Of a stretch of DNA of 64,000 nucleotides, positions 26,101-34,305 are shown in pieces. The notes below the pieces were generated by a model, which saw nothing but the letters and a program-made list of their open reading frames with translations, had not been told where the DNA came from and made no database searches. This stretch comes from Octopus bimaculoides. Its lineage: Eukaryota. The DNA lies in the NCBI RefSeq assembly GCF_001194135.2, contig NC_068981.1, forward strand, positions 172,993,333 through 173,057,332, written 5' to 3'. The position numbers were made by a program, and so were the translations under genes. The number at the start of each line of letters is the position of its first letter. The stretch's first letter is position 1.

Positions 26101-29100
26101 CGAACTCTGTTCTTCAACTGTTCTCCTTGATAAAACACGATGAAAACATTTTTCCTAATTTCATCACCCTGTGAAGAAAATAAATTACAATATAAGCAAG
26201 TATTTATAATGACATGGTAAGTGAAACACACAAAACAAAAAACTAGCATTTCTATTGTAAAAAGATGTTCTGATATTTAGAACTGCTCTCTTTGCAGAGA
26301 ATTTCAATGTTACAGTTTAATATACACAAAGAAAAAGAAATCTGAAAGTATTCTTTGAGAATGAAATTTTAATTTTTTTAATGATTTTTACATTTTAAAA
26401 TCTCGAATAAATGTGGATATCTATTTTCTTGCCCACCTCAATACATAATAAATTCCAGTGAAGATGGTAGTTAAAAAGCTTACTGTAACTGGGTCAATGA
26501 GAGGGTCTTTTATTTCATCAAAACGAGGGAAGACATTGCCTCTGCATGCAAACCACATCAGTCTCTCAAAAGCTGGAACTTTCTCTCGTTTTATAACTCC
26601 AGTTATGAACCTTAAATTACAGAGTAAAAGCATAGCTGTAAATTCTTATTTTATTTCCTTATAAGCATGGTAAGGAAAATCAATACTTTTGTAATAAATG
26701 GGTAACTAATCTATTTGAAGTTAAGAGCAGATGCTACAACATCTCAATATTACCACTGTATTTTATTCAGAGTTGCTCACCTTACTAAATACAACAGACA
26801 TAAAAACAAATTGAAATAAATTAGCATGAATATATTTAATACAGAAACTATTTAAAAAAAACATGCAGAAATGATTATGTGGTCGGGAAAAAAAGCAATG
26901 ACATACATTAGTGAATGACATAGTCACTAATATTATTTTAGTTATTTTTAACCCATTACCTCCCATAATTCTATTAACTGGAATTTTTTTATGAAACTTT
27001 GATTTCTAGCATAAAACAGCCTTAGAAACACGCTGGGATGATCAAAATAACATTTCAAATAGAAATAAGCGAGATATTGGGTGAAAAATTAGCAAACCTC
27101 ATTTGAATATCAGAGAAATATACCTAGTAGATATAGCAAAAAGGTTAGATATGTGTAAATATTGACAGATAATTATGAAATTTGTAATTTTTAAGTGATC
27201 TCATATGAGATCACTGGTAGGTAATGGATTAAGAAAACTAAGGACACAACTCATGTGTGTCTCAGTCATTTTACAACCTCCTCAGTGAAGCAATAAGCTA
27301 CATATTTGCCAAAGTACTGATGAATCACTAAATGTATAATGGTTGGTGTATTATTTCATTTAACATCTTAATTGCAGAGAGTATAAAAAGATAAACACTA
27401 ACATAACTGTTTTTTAAATGTGAAAGGCATTCAAGTAATTAACAAACCAAAAGTATAAAACTACTTACCCAAGTTGAACAGCTGAGGTTCCAGAAGTCAT
27501 GGCTGAGTTATCAGGTATCACAGAATAATGATCTTCCATGTATGTTTGAGGCTCCTGAGCATGCTGCCAGAAGGAAAATTCAACTCAGAAAAACTTCTTC
27601 AGATAAATTGTCACAAAATAAAAAACAAAATTGTTATAGTTCAAAGTCTTTTTTTAACAATTCACTATTCTGCTTTTAATTATCTTTTAAACAAATATTT
27701 TGATGGAAAAAATTCAACATGTGTGTGTCAGTATAAATTAAAAGTCTTTCTTTATTCATCATTATTTTAACATCCACTTTTTCAGGTTTATATGGGTCAG
27801 GTAGATTTATCAAGGCAGCTTTTCTACAGCTAGATACCCTTCCTGTTGCCAACACTGTTTCCAAGCAAAGTAATATTTGCCCATAGCTAGACATGCTTTT
27901 ACAGAATATTGGAAATGAATGACACTGCTTGTATGACAATGACGCTCATTTACAACTATCATGCCATGTTAAGACAAGGAGAGACAAATATATTCACTCA
28001 CTCATATATATTTGGCGTCTTTTAGTTTTCACCAACCAAATTCACTCATAAGGCATTGGTCAACCAGGGCTAAATCCAAAACCATGTGGTTAGAAAACAA
28101 ACATCTTAATCACACAGCCACGACATGCCCATATTATTGGAAATCAACAAATTGTTGAAACAATACAGGCAAAGATGAATTGAATTTCTCTTCCATTTTT
28201 TAGACCAGAAACTACTCCAAATATCAAAAATGCTCCTCTTTCAACAAACCATATATTAAAGATGATATTCTTTTGCCAGTACATCATATTTAGTACACTT
28301 CTTTATTCATAGGAAGTTGTCAAGTTTCAACTTTGCTACAGACACTTTTTTTTTCTAGTAGTGACTATCCATTACCTAAATCAAAACAACCAAGAAATAT
28401 AAAAACCTATCTAGGTATGTGGCTGGCTTTGAATATATATTTTTGATAAGACCTAGCTAGGCTAAAATGCATCTGGCAGTCTCATTAGGCATTGCTGTGA
28501 TGATTTTCGTCTCCCCCTGATATATATATATATAGAGAGAGAGAGAGATTTTTAATACAAAATACCCATAAGAGATGTTATCTTTAGACAAATACCACAG
28601 TAACTTACCTGTCAATGACAAATGTACATTAAGATACATAGGTGACTATTTCATTATAAAATGTATTCTTACTTTTAACATGGTAGCATCAGAATGAGAG
28701 TTAAACTAATTAGAATTTATGACTTTAATAAGCAGAACAATTCTTAGACTGAGATGTGGGCTCATAATCATTCAACCAACTAGATTTACTAAAATGCCTT
28801 TAGTTACAACTTGACCTCTGTTTTATAAATTAACAAAAGAAAGTGTTGTTTTTTTTTTAATCAATAAAATATTTAGCCAATCTTTAACAAAAGCAAAAGA
28901 CACAGATTTTGCAGTAACAACTGCAGCAAATTTTTCTAAGTTTGTAAGTAAATAAGTTGTTTTTTTTAATCAATAATTTAACTAAAGAAATTTTTATTTA
29001 AAACTGTGTGTGCTTATAAGTTTTTAACTGTAAGAAAGCATGAGCTTGGACTGGAATCCTAAATACATTAAGACTATATAAGAGACATGATGAACTGTAA

Positions 29101-32100
29101 AGAAGTTAATCAAATAGAGAGCCAATATACAGGGTGTCCACAAAGTCTGGGTACATGGAGTAAATGAAATCATAACATAAACAATTAAATATAAGAAATA
29201 ATAATTTCTTAAAGTATGTGTTAATCCCCATGTGGGTACATGAAGTAAATAAAATCATAGCATAAACAATTAAATATAAGAAATAATAATTCCTTAAAGT
29301 ATGTGTTAATCCCCATGTACCCAGACTTTGTGGACACCCTGTAGGTTGATAATAGTTAAAGACCAAAGTATGAAACTGAAACAAATATATGTTAGGTTGT
29401 GCTGCAATTAGAGAATGTGAAGACAAGAAAAAAAAGGCAATCAAAATTTCAACAAATATACTTACTGCAGCAAAAAAACCTTGAACCTTTGTCAAAACTT
29501 CTTTCAGTTCAGCTAAATCCAAGTAATTTTTCTTGAGAGCAACCTCGTTTACTTTTACTTCCCTTAGTTCGGATTCCATTTTTTCTAATGAAGCCTGAAA
29601 ACAATCAGCAGAGTGTTTTAATTAAATATATATATATTTTAATTAAATGTAAGGTTTATATTGTATCATTTTTCTTTTATTTTTTTCCATGTTTCTGGAT
29701 TTATCTTACAACTACTGTCATAATAAGGATTCAATCTCAGAGAGTACAGTGCCTTTCTTCAGATAAACATGAAGGTTTTAAGAGTTGTGATATTTATGCC
29801 TTTAAGAATATTAGTCATGTAAGAGAACTGAAACCGTTCGAAGCAGAGGTTGACAGGGATCAATTAGATGTCAGTAATTGAGAATTCTACTGAAGTCAAC
29901 TCTGCCTTTCATTGTTTAAAGACCAATAAAAAAAAGTACCAAGTATAGGCGCAGGAGTGGCTGTGTGGTAAGTAGCTTGCTTACCAACCACATGGTTCCG
30001 GGTTCAGTCCCACTGTGTGGCACCTTGGGCAAGTGTCTTCTACTATAGCCTCGGGCCGACCAAAGCCTTGTGAGTGGATTTGGTAGACGGAAACTGAAAG
30101 AAGCCCGCCGTATATATGTATATATATGTGTGTGTGTTTGTGTGTCTGTGTTTGTCCCCCTAGCATTGCTTGACAACCGATGCTGGTGTGTTTATGTCCC
30201 CGTCACTTAGCAGTTCGGCAAAAGAGACCGATAGAATAAGTACTAGGCTTACAAAGAATAAGTCCCGGGGTCGATTTGCTCGACTAAAGGCGGTGCTCCA
30301 GTATGGCCACAGTCAAATGACTGAAACAAATAAAAGAGTAATAAAAAAAAGTAATCCAAGGTTGTAGATTAGCAGAGCAACAGACAAGATATCTTGTAGT
30401 ATCTATGCTGAAAGAATAAGTTTTGTTTACCTCTAAGTCAACCATCTCTTTAGGCGGAGGAGCTTTTGGTGTCACACCACTGACATCCATTTTTATTCCG
30501 TCGATGGTCATTTCCTTTTCAATATACCCTAAATGTTATGAGAAAAAGGATAATTGAAAGAATTTAGTGATTTAATAAGCAGATAAACAAACAGAATCTA
30601 AAATGCAAAGAATAAAATATATACAATTAAAGCTGATAACTGTTTATCAAACTATTTCTTCATCCTGAATTGGATCAATAGTCTCCAATCGCCTTCAGGT
30701 GAATATCACCTGAAAAATGATTGGAGAGATTACCAGTAGATACTTGGTGTCAATAACAGATCCAAAATAAAGAAATACTCTCACCTCAGACAAAATACAT
30801 ACATTTTAAAGCTATTTATAACAAAATATAAAAAACAAATAAAGTAAGAATAACAATATAATTTGATTACATACTCATTTTCCTTTCCATTTCCTCACAC
30901 CTCCTGACTTCACTAACAAATTTTCTCTGGAAAGCATTAACATCTGGATTAAGCTAGAATTGAAATCAATTATAGATAATTAGAATGAAGGAAATTGCTA
31001 AAATTCAAAAACTGAAATATAAAATATTTAAATATGCCAAATATACTAAGCTTAAATTAAAATTAGTAGAAGTTCTAAATAGATCTTAATTCCATATTTT
31101 GTGAAATGTATCTCAATTATATTTATTTCATATCATTTTGTTGACAATAGTGCCATCGATTACATGTTTCCCAATGGTCCAACCAATGGTTCGCTGCATC
31201 ACATCACCCTGATATGATGTGGAGCAGTAATTTTGTTTTTTCCTTCTTTCTCTCTACCTATTCCTTGCATAGTTGAATGAACAAATGCAGGTAATTGAAA
31301 CAAAATGAGAGCACACACTGTACTAAAATAAGGAACTATCTATGTAACCTAGGCAGAATGACTATCACAAGGGACTTCTGTCAAAAGGATTTGGTTTATA
31401 AATTTTCTTGTCACCTTTTATTTTATTTGCCAAATTATACACATGCATCTTCAAGCATACTTGAAATACAATGTGTGGAATATATTAAAAATACTGTTAA
31501 TACGAGTAAACAATATAAGCCATGCAGTGCATATTTTTCTATAATTTATATTGATGAATTATATATTTTTATGATAGATTGTTTACACAGCCCATAGCTG
31601 ATATTTCAGTATGCAATACCCTAGTCAAAGCTTGAAAAATGGCAACAACAAAATAATTATGGAACTACATATATTCTCAGGTTATCACTTAGCCACTGTT
31701 AAATCCGTCACTTAACCACAGCACCTACTTCATCTGGCATCCTCCCTAGAGAATAAATCTCCAAACAGCTTTCCCTTCAAAGATCTACTAGTAACAGATG
31801 ATTTCATCTTCTGATGCATTACTAGACTACCCTGATGTGATGTGAAGCAGTAAGTTTGTTTTCACCAACTTTCTCTCTTCCTGGTCTTAGCAGAACTGAA
31901 TGAGCAAATGTGTATAGTTGAAACAAAATGTATAGAGCATGTTATAATCAAAATTATACAGTATAATTTTCATATTTATTTTAATTGTACTAATAGTACT
32001 TCTAATGTACTTCATGCATTTACTCTGCCAGACAAAAAGCAGAGAGTAAGAAGAAAGGAAAACAAAATTAGTTAACACATCGCATCAAAGGAAGGGGAAG

Positions 32101-33739
32101 TCATGATAGCAGTAGTTTTCAAACTGAAAGCCATTTAAAGATTTCACTTCAAGGAAGTTTGCTGTATGAAGAGAAGGCAATGGATTTAATGATAGAGTAA
32201 CATCCTAAGAACATCTGAAGTTCAGTCATAAATTGTTTTGATTTATTTTTCAAGCTTTGAAGGAGGTATTTAATAACGACAGCTACAGGCTATACAACAA
32301 TTCATTACAGAAAATATATTTTAATTGTAAAAACAATACTATAAGTATGGTTTTCTTATTCCATTTACATTACACATGCACATAATTTAAGCAAAAATTA
32401 ACTAAGGGAAATAACTCAGAGTGGCCAGAGATGTATTTGAACACCATGGACAAATACAGGTATATCAAATGCCATACAACATAAATTGTATGCACTGTTC
32501 GAACAAATGATGTCATTTGTTTACAATCTTCCACAAAAGTATGTCTCAGCTGCTTTTTGTTGGATATTACCATGCTGAGAGACAGGCAATGTAAACAAGA
32601 AGCCACAGAAAAATCTACGGTAACAAAGTTATCATCTGACCCATACAAGCATAGAGAAAAGTGGACATTAAAACAATGATGATGATGATGAGACTCAAAA
32701 ACTTCCATCAGTATTCCAGACATTCAATCATTGGAACTATCTATTCCTTTATTTCAAGTAGAAGAGGATAGTGGTTGGCACTCCGTCGGTTACGACGATG
32801 AGGATTCCAGTTAATCCGATCAACGGAACAGCCTGCTCGTGAAATTAACGTGCAAGTGGCTGAGCACTCCACAGACACATGTACCTTTAACGTAGTTCTC
32901 GGGGAGATTCAGCGTGACACTGAGTGTGACAAGGCTGGCCCTTTGAAATACAGGTACGACAGAAACAGGAAGAAAGAGTGAGAGAAAGTTGTGGTGAAAG
33001 AGTACAGCAGAGTTCGCCACCATCCCCTGCTGGAGCCTCATGGAACTTTAGGTGTTTTCGCTCAATAAACACTCACAATGCCCAGTCTGGGAATCGAAAC
33101 CGCGATCCTACGACCGCGAGTCTGCTGCCCTAACCACTGGGCCATTGCACCTCCACAGAAGAGGATGAGTATTCTACAAATATTTGTATCTTCAATGTGC
33201 CTTTCAGATGAACTAGATGTGACACAAGTGTGACCTTGAAATTATAATAAATAACCATTGTTGAAATTGATGAACAGAAGAATCAAACATGGAACTACAC
33301 AATTGCAAAGTGGACTTAATACTATCCATACCACAGATGCATATAAACATTTCTTGTCTATCACTATGGAATCCCAGTGGTACATACATGTATTGTTCAC
33401 AAAATCCCAGAGATACTAATATGTGCCCTATTTGCTATGTTGTGAAATCCCAGATATGCTTATGAGCATCTACTAACTGCCCATTTAGGATTTCATAGCT
33501 ACAGATAAGAGATGCTTATATGGTTAGTGTTAACCTTTCAGACTTGCTGTCCCAACAGCAGACACTAAAAAAGCAAAAGAAAATTAAAAAAACAAAAAAG
33601 TGAGAGAGAGGATTTTTCTACTTACATCACGAAATTGAACCATACCAAGTTCTCCTAATTCAGAGACAACTGGGTAGGCTGCTTCAGACTGTAAAAACAG
33701 TTGACATAATGTCATCTCTTCGCTCCGAAATATAGACAT
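3808..33739 (-). CDS. ATP6V0A1: V-type proton ATPase 116 kDa V0 subunit a; 22 coding exons, 835 aa (join of the exons listed below)
   Basis: Hand-spliced [25 protein letters not shown]...[31 protein letters not shown]. All 21 introns within the CDS are GT-AG and all phases are compatible. Family motifs are present: [93 protein letters not shown]. The symbol is family-level; the a1-a4 subtype cannot be assigned without a tree. Confidence 0.97.
4697..4871 (-). CDS. ATP6V0A1: V0a coding exon 21 ([10 protein letters not shown]...[14 protein letters not shown], 175 nt)
   Basis: Acceptor TTCAG|AG; donor TG|GTAAGT. Confidence 0.97.
5994..6111 (-). CDS. ATP6V0A1: V0a coding exon 20 ([10 protein letters not shown]...[13 protein letters not shown], 118 nt; essential Arg codon 6024-6022)
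   Basis: Acceptor TGCAG|TTC; donor G|GTAAAT. Confidence 0.97.
6170..8186 (+). mobile_element. 5'-truncated RTE-clade LINE (defective RT, PHD-type finger, 3' UTR array, (GAT)n tail), antisense in a V0a intron
   Basis: ORF 6142..6933 has [28 protein letters not shown] and LLYADD; thumb FCYLGD and RELLPLL follow with stops and a frameshift; ends AAACAATGATGATGATG. Confidence 0.93.
7789..8021 (+). repeat. Four 35-bp repeats at an exact 66-bp period in the LINE 3' UTR
   Basis: Units start at 7789, 7855, 7921, 7987; consensus CTGACTGGCTCCTGTGCCGGTGGCACGTAAAAAGC; 31-bp variable spacers. Confidence 0.9.
9576..9665 (-). CDS. ATP6V0A1: V0a coding exon 19 ([10 protein letters not shown]...SELPE, 90 nt, acidic loop)
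   Basis: Acceptor TTCAG|GAT; donor GAG|GTTTGT; open phase 0-0; acidic composition precedes the FNFGD exon as expected. Confidence 0.8.
9790..10060. repeat. Degenerate (ATGT/ATGC)n low-complexity tract
   Basis: Read directly; explains spurious ORF 9812..10090. Confidence 0.9.
10476..10526 (-). CDS. ATP6V0A1: V0a coding exon 18 ([17 protein letters not shown], 51 nt, cytosolic loop)
   Basis: Acceptor TCCAG|AGA; donor GAT|GTAAGT; open phase 0-0; the loop is low-homology, so support is from splice signals and frame. Confidence 0.75.
11994..12098 (-). CDS. ATP6V0A1: V0a coding exon 17 ([10 protein letters not shown]...[10 protein letters not shown]...SAMK, 105 nt)
   Basis: Acceptor TTTAG|ACA; donor AAG|GTATGC. 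Confidence 0.95.
13274..13329 (-). CDS. ATP6V0A1: V0a coding exon 16 ([19 protein letters not shown], 56 nt)
   Basis: Long poly-T tract then CAG|AG; donor CAA|GTAAGT; phase 1-0 bridges its neighbours; matches the (F)INMFL...LY.GQ segment. Confidence 0.92.
14718..14869 (-). CDS. ATP6V0A1: V0a coding exon 15 ([15 protein letters not shown]...QSLLL, 152 nt)
   Basis: Acceptor TTCAG|A; donor C|GTAAGT. Confidence 0.95.
15512..15630 (-). CDS. ATP6V0A1: V0a coding exon 14 ([20 protein letters not shown]...LINN, 119 nt)
   Basis: Acceptor TTCAG|ATT; donor CT|GTAAGT. Confidence 0.96.
15661..16325. mobile_element. Cluster of four family B SINE pieces including an inverted pair
   Basis: Repeated GAAAGGATGAAAGGCAAAG core in both orientations. 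Confidence 0.85.
16860..16950 (-). CDS. ATP6V0A1: V0a coding exon 13 (S-NSTMAQ...YPFGLDP, 91 nt; luminal loop)
   Basis: Acceptor TGCAG|T; donor CCT|GTGAGT. Confidence 0.94.
17170..17520 (+). mobile_element. SINE family A, older copy
   Basis: Degenerate match to family A. Confidence 0.8.
17704..18070 (+). mobile_element. tRNA-derived SINE family A (CORE-like centre, internal (TG)n), young copy
   Basis: A box TGGCTGTGTGG, B box GGTTCAATCCC, GGCACCTTGGGCAAGTGTC core; many copies in the window. Confidence 0.9.
18460..18596 (-). CDS. ATP6V0A1: V0a coding exon 12 ([10 protein letters not shown]...WHSSY, 137 nt)
   Basis: Acceptor TTCAG|ATA; donor AG|GTGAGT; GRYII and YTGLIYND motifs. Confidence 0.96.
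18963..19746. other. Assembly gap; others at about 22185-22238, 34061-34070, 42906-43126, 52923-52932, 53869-54420, 60115-60151, 60791-60973
   Basis: Runs of N; none interrupts a V0a coding exon. Confidence 0.99.
20100..20236 (-). CDS. ATP6V0A1: V0a coding exon 11 ([18 protein letters not shown]...KGDNE, 137 nt; first TM helices)
   Basis: Acceptor TGCAG|CT; donor GAA|GTGAGA. Confidence 0.96.
21259..21409 (-). CDS. ATP6V0A1: V0a coding exon 10 ([11 protein letters not shown]...YGEVNP, 151 nt)
   Basis: Acceptor AATAG|GAA; donor CCAG|GTAATC; PPTY and FQAIVDAYG motifs. Confidence 0.96.
21750..22140 (-). mobile_element. RTE-like 3' UTR and tail fragment
   Basis: Ends CCAGCCCATGCCAACATGGAGAATGGACGTTAAATGATG on the minus strand. 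Confidence 0.55.
23220..23432 (-). CDS. ATP6V0A1: V0a coding exon 9 (VLAQTKEHR...ALEHGK, 213 nt)
   Basis: Acceptor TACAG|GTT; donor AAA|GTAATA; [10 protein letters not shown] and LIAEGWTP motifs. Confidence 0.95.
24130..24223 (-). CDS. ATP6V0A1: V0a coding exon 8 (FHANVYPCP...LLDLNI, 94 nt)
   Basis: Acceptor TTCAG|T; donor ATT|GTAAGT. Confidence 0.95.
26086..26168 (-). CDS. ATP6V0A1: V0a coding exon 7 ([28 protein letters not shown], 83 nt)
   Basis: Acceptor CACAG|GGT; donor GG|GTAAAT. Confidence 0.96.
26484..26610 (-). CDS. ATP6V0A1: V0a coding exon 6 ([10 protein letters not shown]...LIDPVT, 127 nt)
   Basis: Acceptor TTAAG|G; donor ACA|GTAAGC. Confidence 0.96.
27469..27563 (-). CDS. ATP6V0A1: V0a coding exon 5 ([11 protein letters not shown]...SAVQL-G, 95 nt, variable linker)
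   Basis: Acceptor GGCAG|CAT; donor GG|GTAAGT; phase 0-2 bridges its neighbours; ends in the expected L-G before FITGV. Confidence 0.88.
27765..27990 (-). mobile_element. Short element with RTE-type (GAT)n tail; related copies near 5460-5570, 10110-10290, 18270-18435, 22880-23010, 32410-32690
   Basis: Shared GGAAACAG...GGCAACAGGAAGGG...GACCCAT...GGAAAAGTGGATGTTAAAA terminus. Confidence 0.7.
29130..29341. mobile_element. Tc1/mariner-type MITE (212 bp) with an internal 2x85-bp tandem duplication
   Basis: Perfect 29-bp TIRs CAGGGTGTCCACAAAGTCTGGGTACATGG; TA on both flanks. Confidence 0.92.
29466..29594 (-). CDS. ATP6V0A1: V0a coding exon 4 ([10 protein letters not shown]...VQGFFAA, 129 nt)
   Basis: Acceptor TTCAG|GCT; donor GCA|GTAAGT. 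Confidence 0.95.
29948..30342 (+). mobile_element. SINE family A, young copy
   Basis: Nearly identical to 17704-18070. Confidence 0.9.
30431..30528 (-). CDS. ATP6V0A1: V0a coding exon 3 (R-YIEKEMT...KEMVDLE, 98 nt)
   Basis: Acceptor TTTAG|GG; donor GAG|GTAAAC; overlaps ORF 30284..30511. Confidence 0.95.
30875..30953 (-). CDS. ATP6V0A1: V0a coding exon 2 ([26 protein letters not shown], 79 nt)
   Basis: Acceptor TTCTAG|CTT; donor ATGA|GTATGT. Confidence 0.96.
32770..33156 (-). mobile_element. tRNA-derived SINE family C with 10-bp TSD
   Basis: A box TGGCCCAGTGG (33144-33134), B box GGTTTCGATTCCC (33101-33089); TSD AGAAGAGGAT at 32760-32769 and 33157-33166. Confidence 0.9.
33626..33739 (-). 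CDS. ATP6V0A1: V0a coding exon 1 ([10 protein letters not shown]...MVQFRD, 114 nt)
   Basis: ATG at 33739-33737; donor GAT|GTAAGT; conserved N-terminus. Confidence 0.95.
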
Positions 33740-33799
33740 TATGGGAGTTTGTCTTTGACTCCTTTAGATTCAACAGTTTATAAAAACACCAAATGGATA
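33740..33799 (-). other. 5' UTR part of the start-codon exon (60 nt)
   Basis: Polypyrimidine tract and CAG acceptor at 33802-33800; in-frame stops upstream of the ATG, so an upstream non-coding exon is required. Confidence 0.85.
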
Positions 33800-33848
33800 C
33801 TGAAAGAAAAAAAAAATTGAAAAAAAAATTATCAATTTCAAAAAATTT

Positions 33849-34107
33849 CTTTTTACTTGTTTCAGTCATTTGACTGTGGCCATGCTGCAGCACTGCCTTA
33901 CAGGCTTTTAGTCGAAGAAATCAACCCCAGGACTTATTCTTTGTAAGCCTAGTATTTATTCTATTGGTCTCTTTAGTCAAACTGCTAGGTTGTGAGGACA
34001 TAAACACACTGACATTGGTTGTTTAGCAATGGTGGCAGGGACAAACACAGACACAAAGACNNNNNNNNNNTCTAGCAATGGTGGCAGGGACAAACACAGA
34101 CACAAAG

Positions 34108-34151
<44 letters not shown>

Positions 34152-34305
34152 CAGGCTTCTTTCAATTTCTATCTATCAAATCCACTCACAAGGCTTTGGT
34201 TGGCCTGAGGCTATAGAAGACACTTGCTCAAAGTCTCACACGGTGAGACTGGACCCAGAACCATTTGGTTGGGAAGCAAGCTTCTTACCACATAGCCATG
34301 CCTGC
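33849..34305 (-). mobile_element. SINE family A ending ~50 nt before the acceptor of the start-codon exon
   Basis: Reverse-complement match to family A; contains a 10-N gap with duplicated flanks. Confidence 0.85.

Noticed and set aside
33089-33156. tRNA genes (also 47110-47189, 50551-50615 and family A/B heads)
   Set aside because: A and B boxes are present, but there is no complete cloverleaf or acceptor stem and each continues into a SINE body.
34021-34120. Tandem duplication around the 10-N gap in a SINE
   Set aside because: Identical sequence on both sides of a minimal gap is typical of an unmerged contig overlap.
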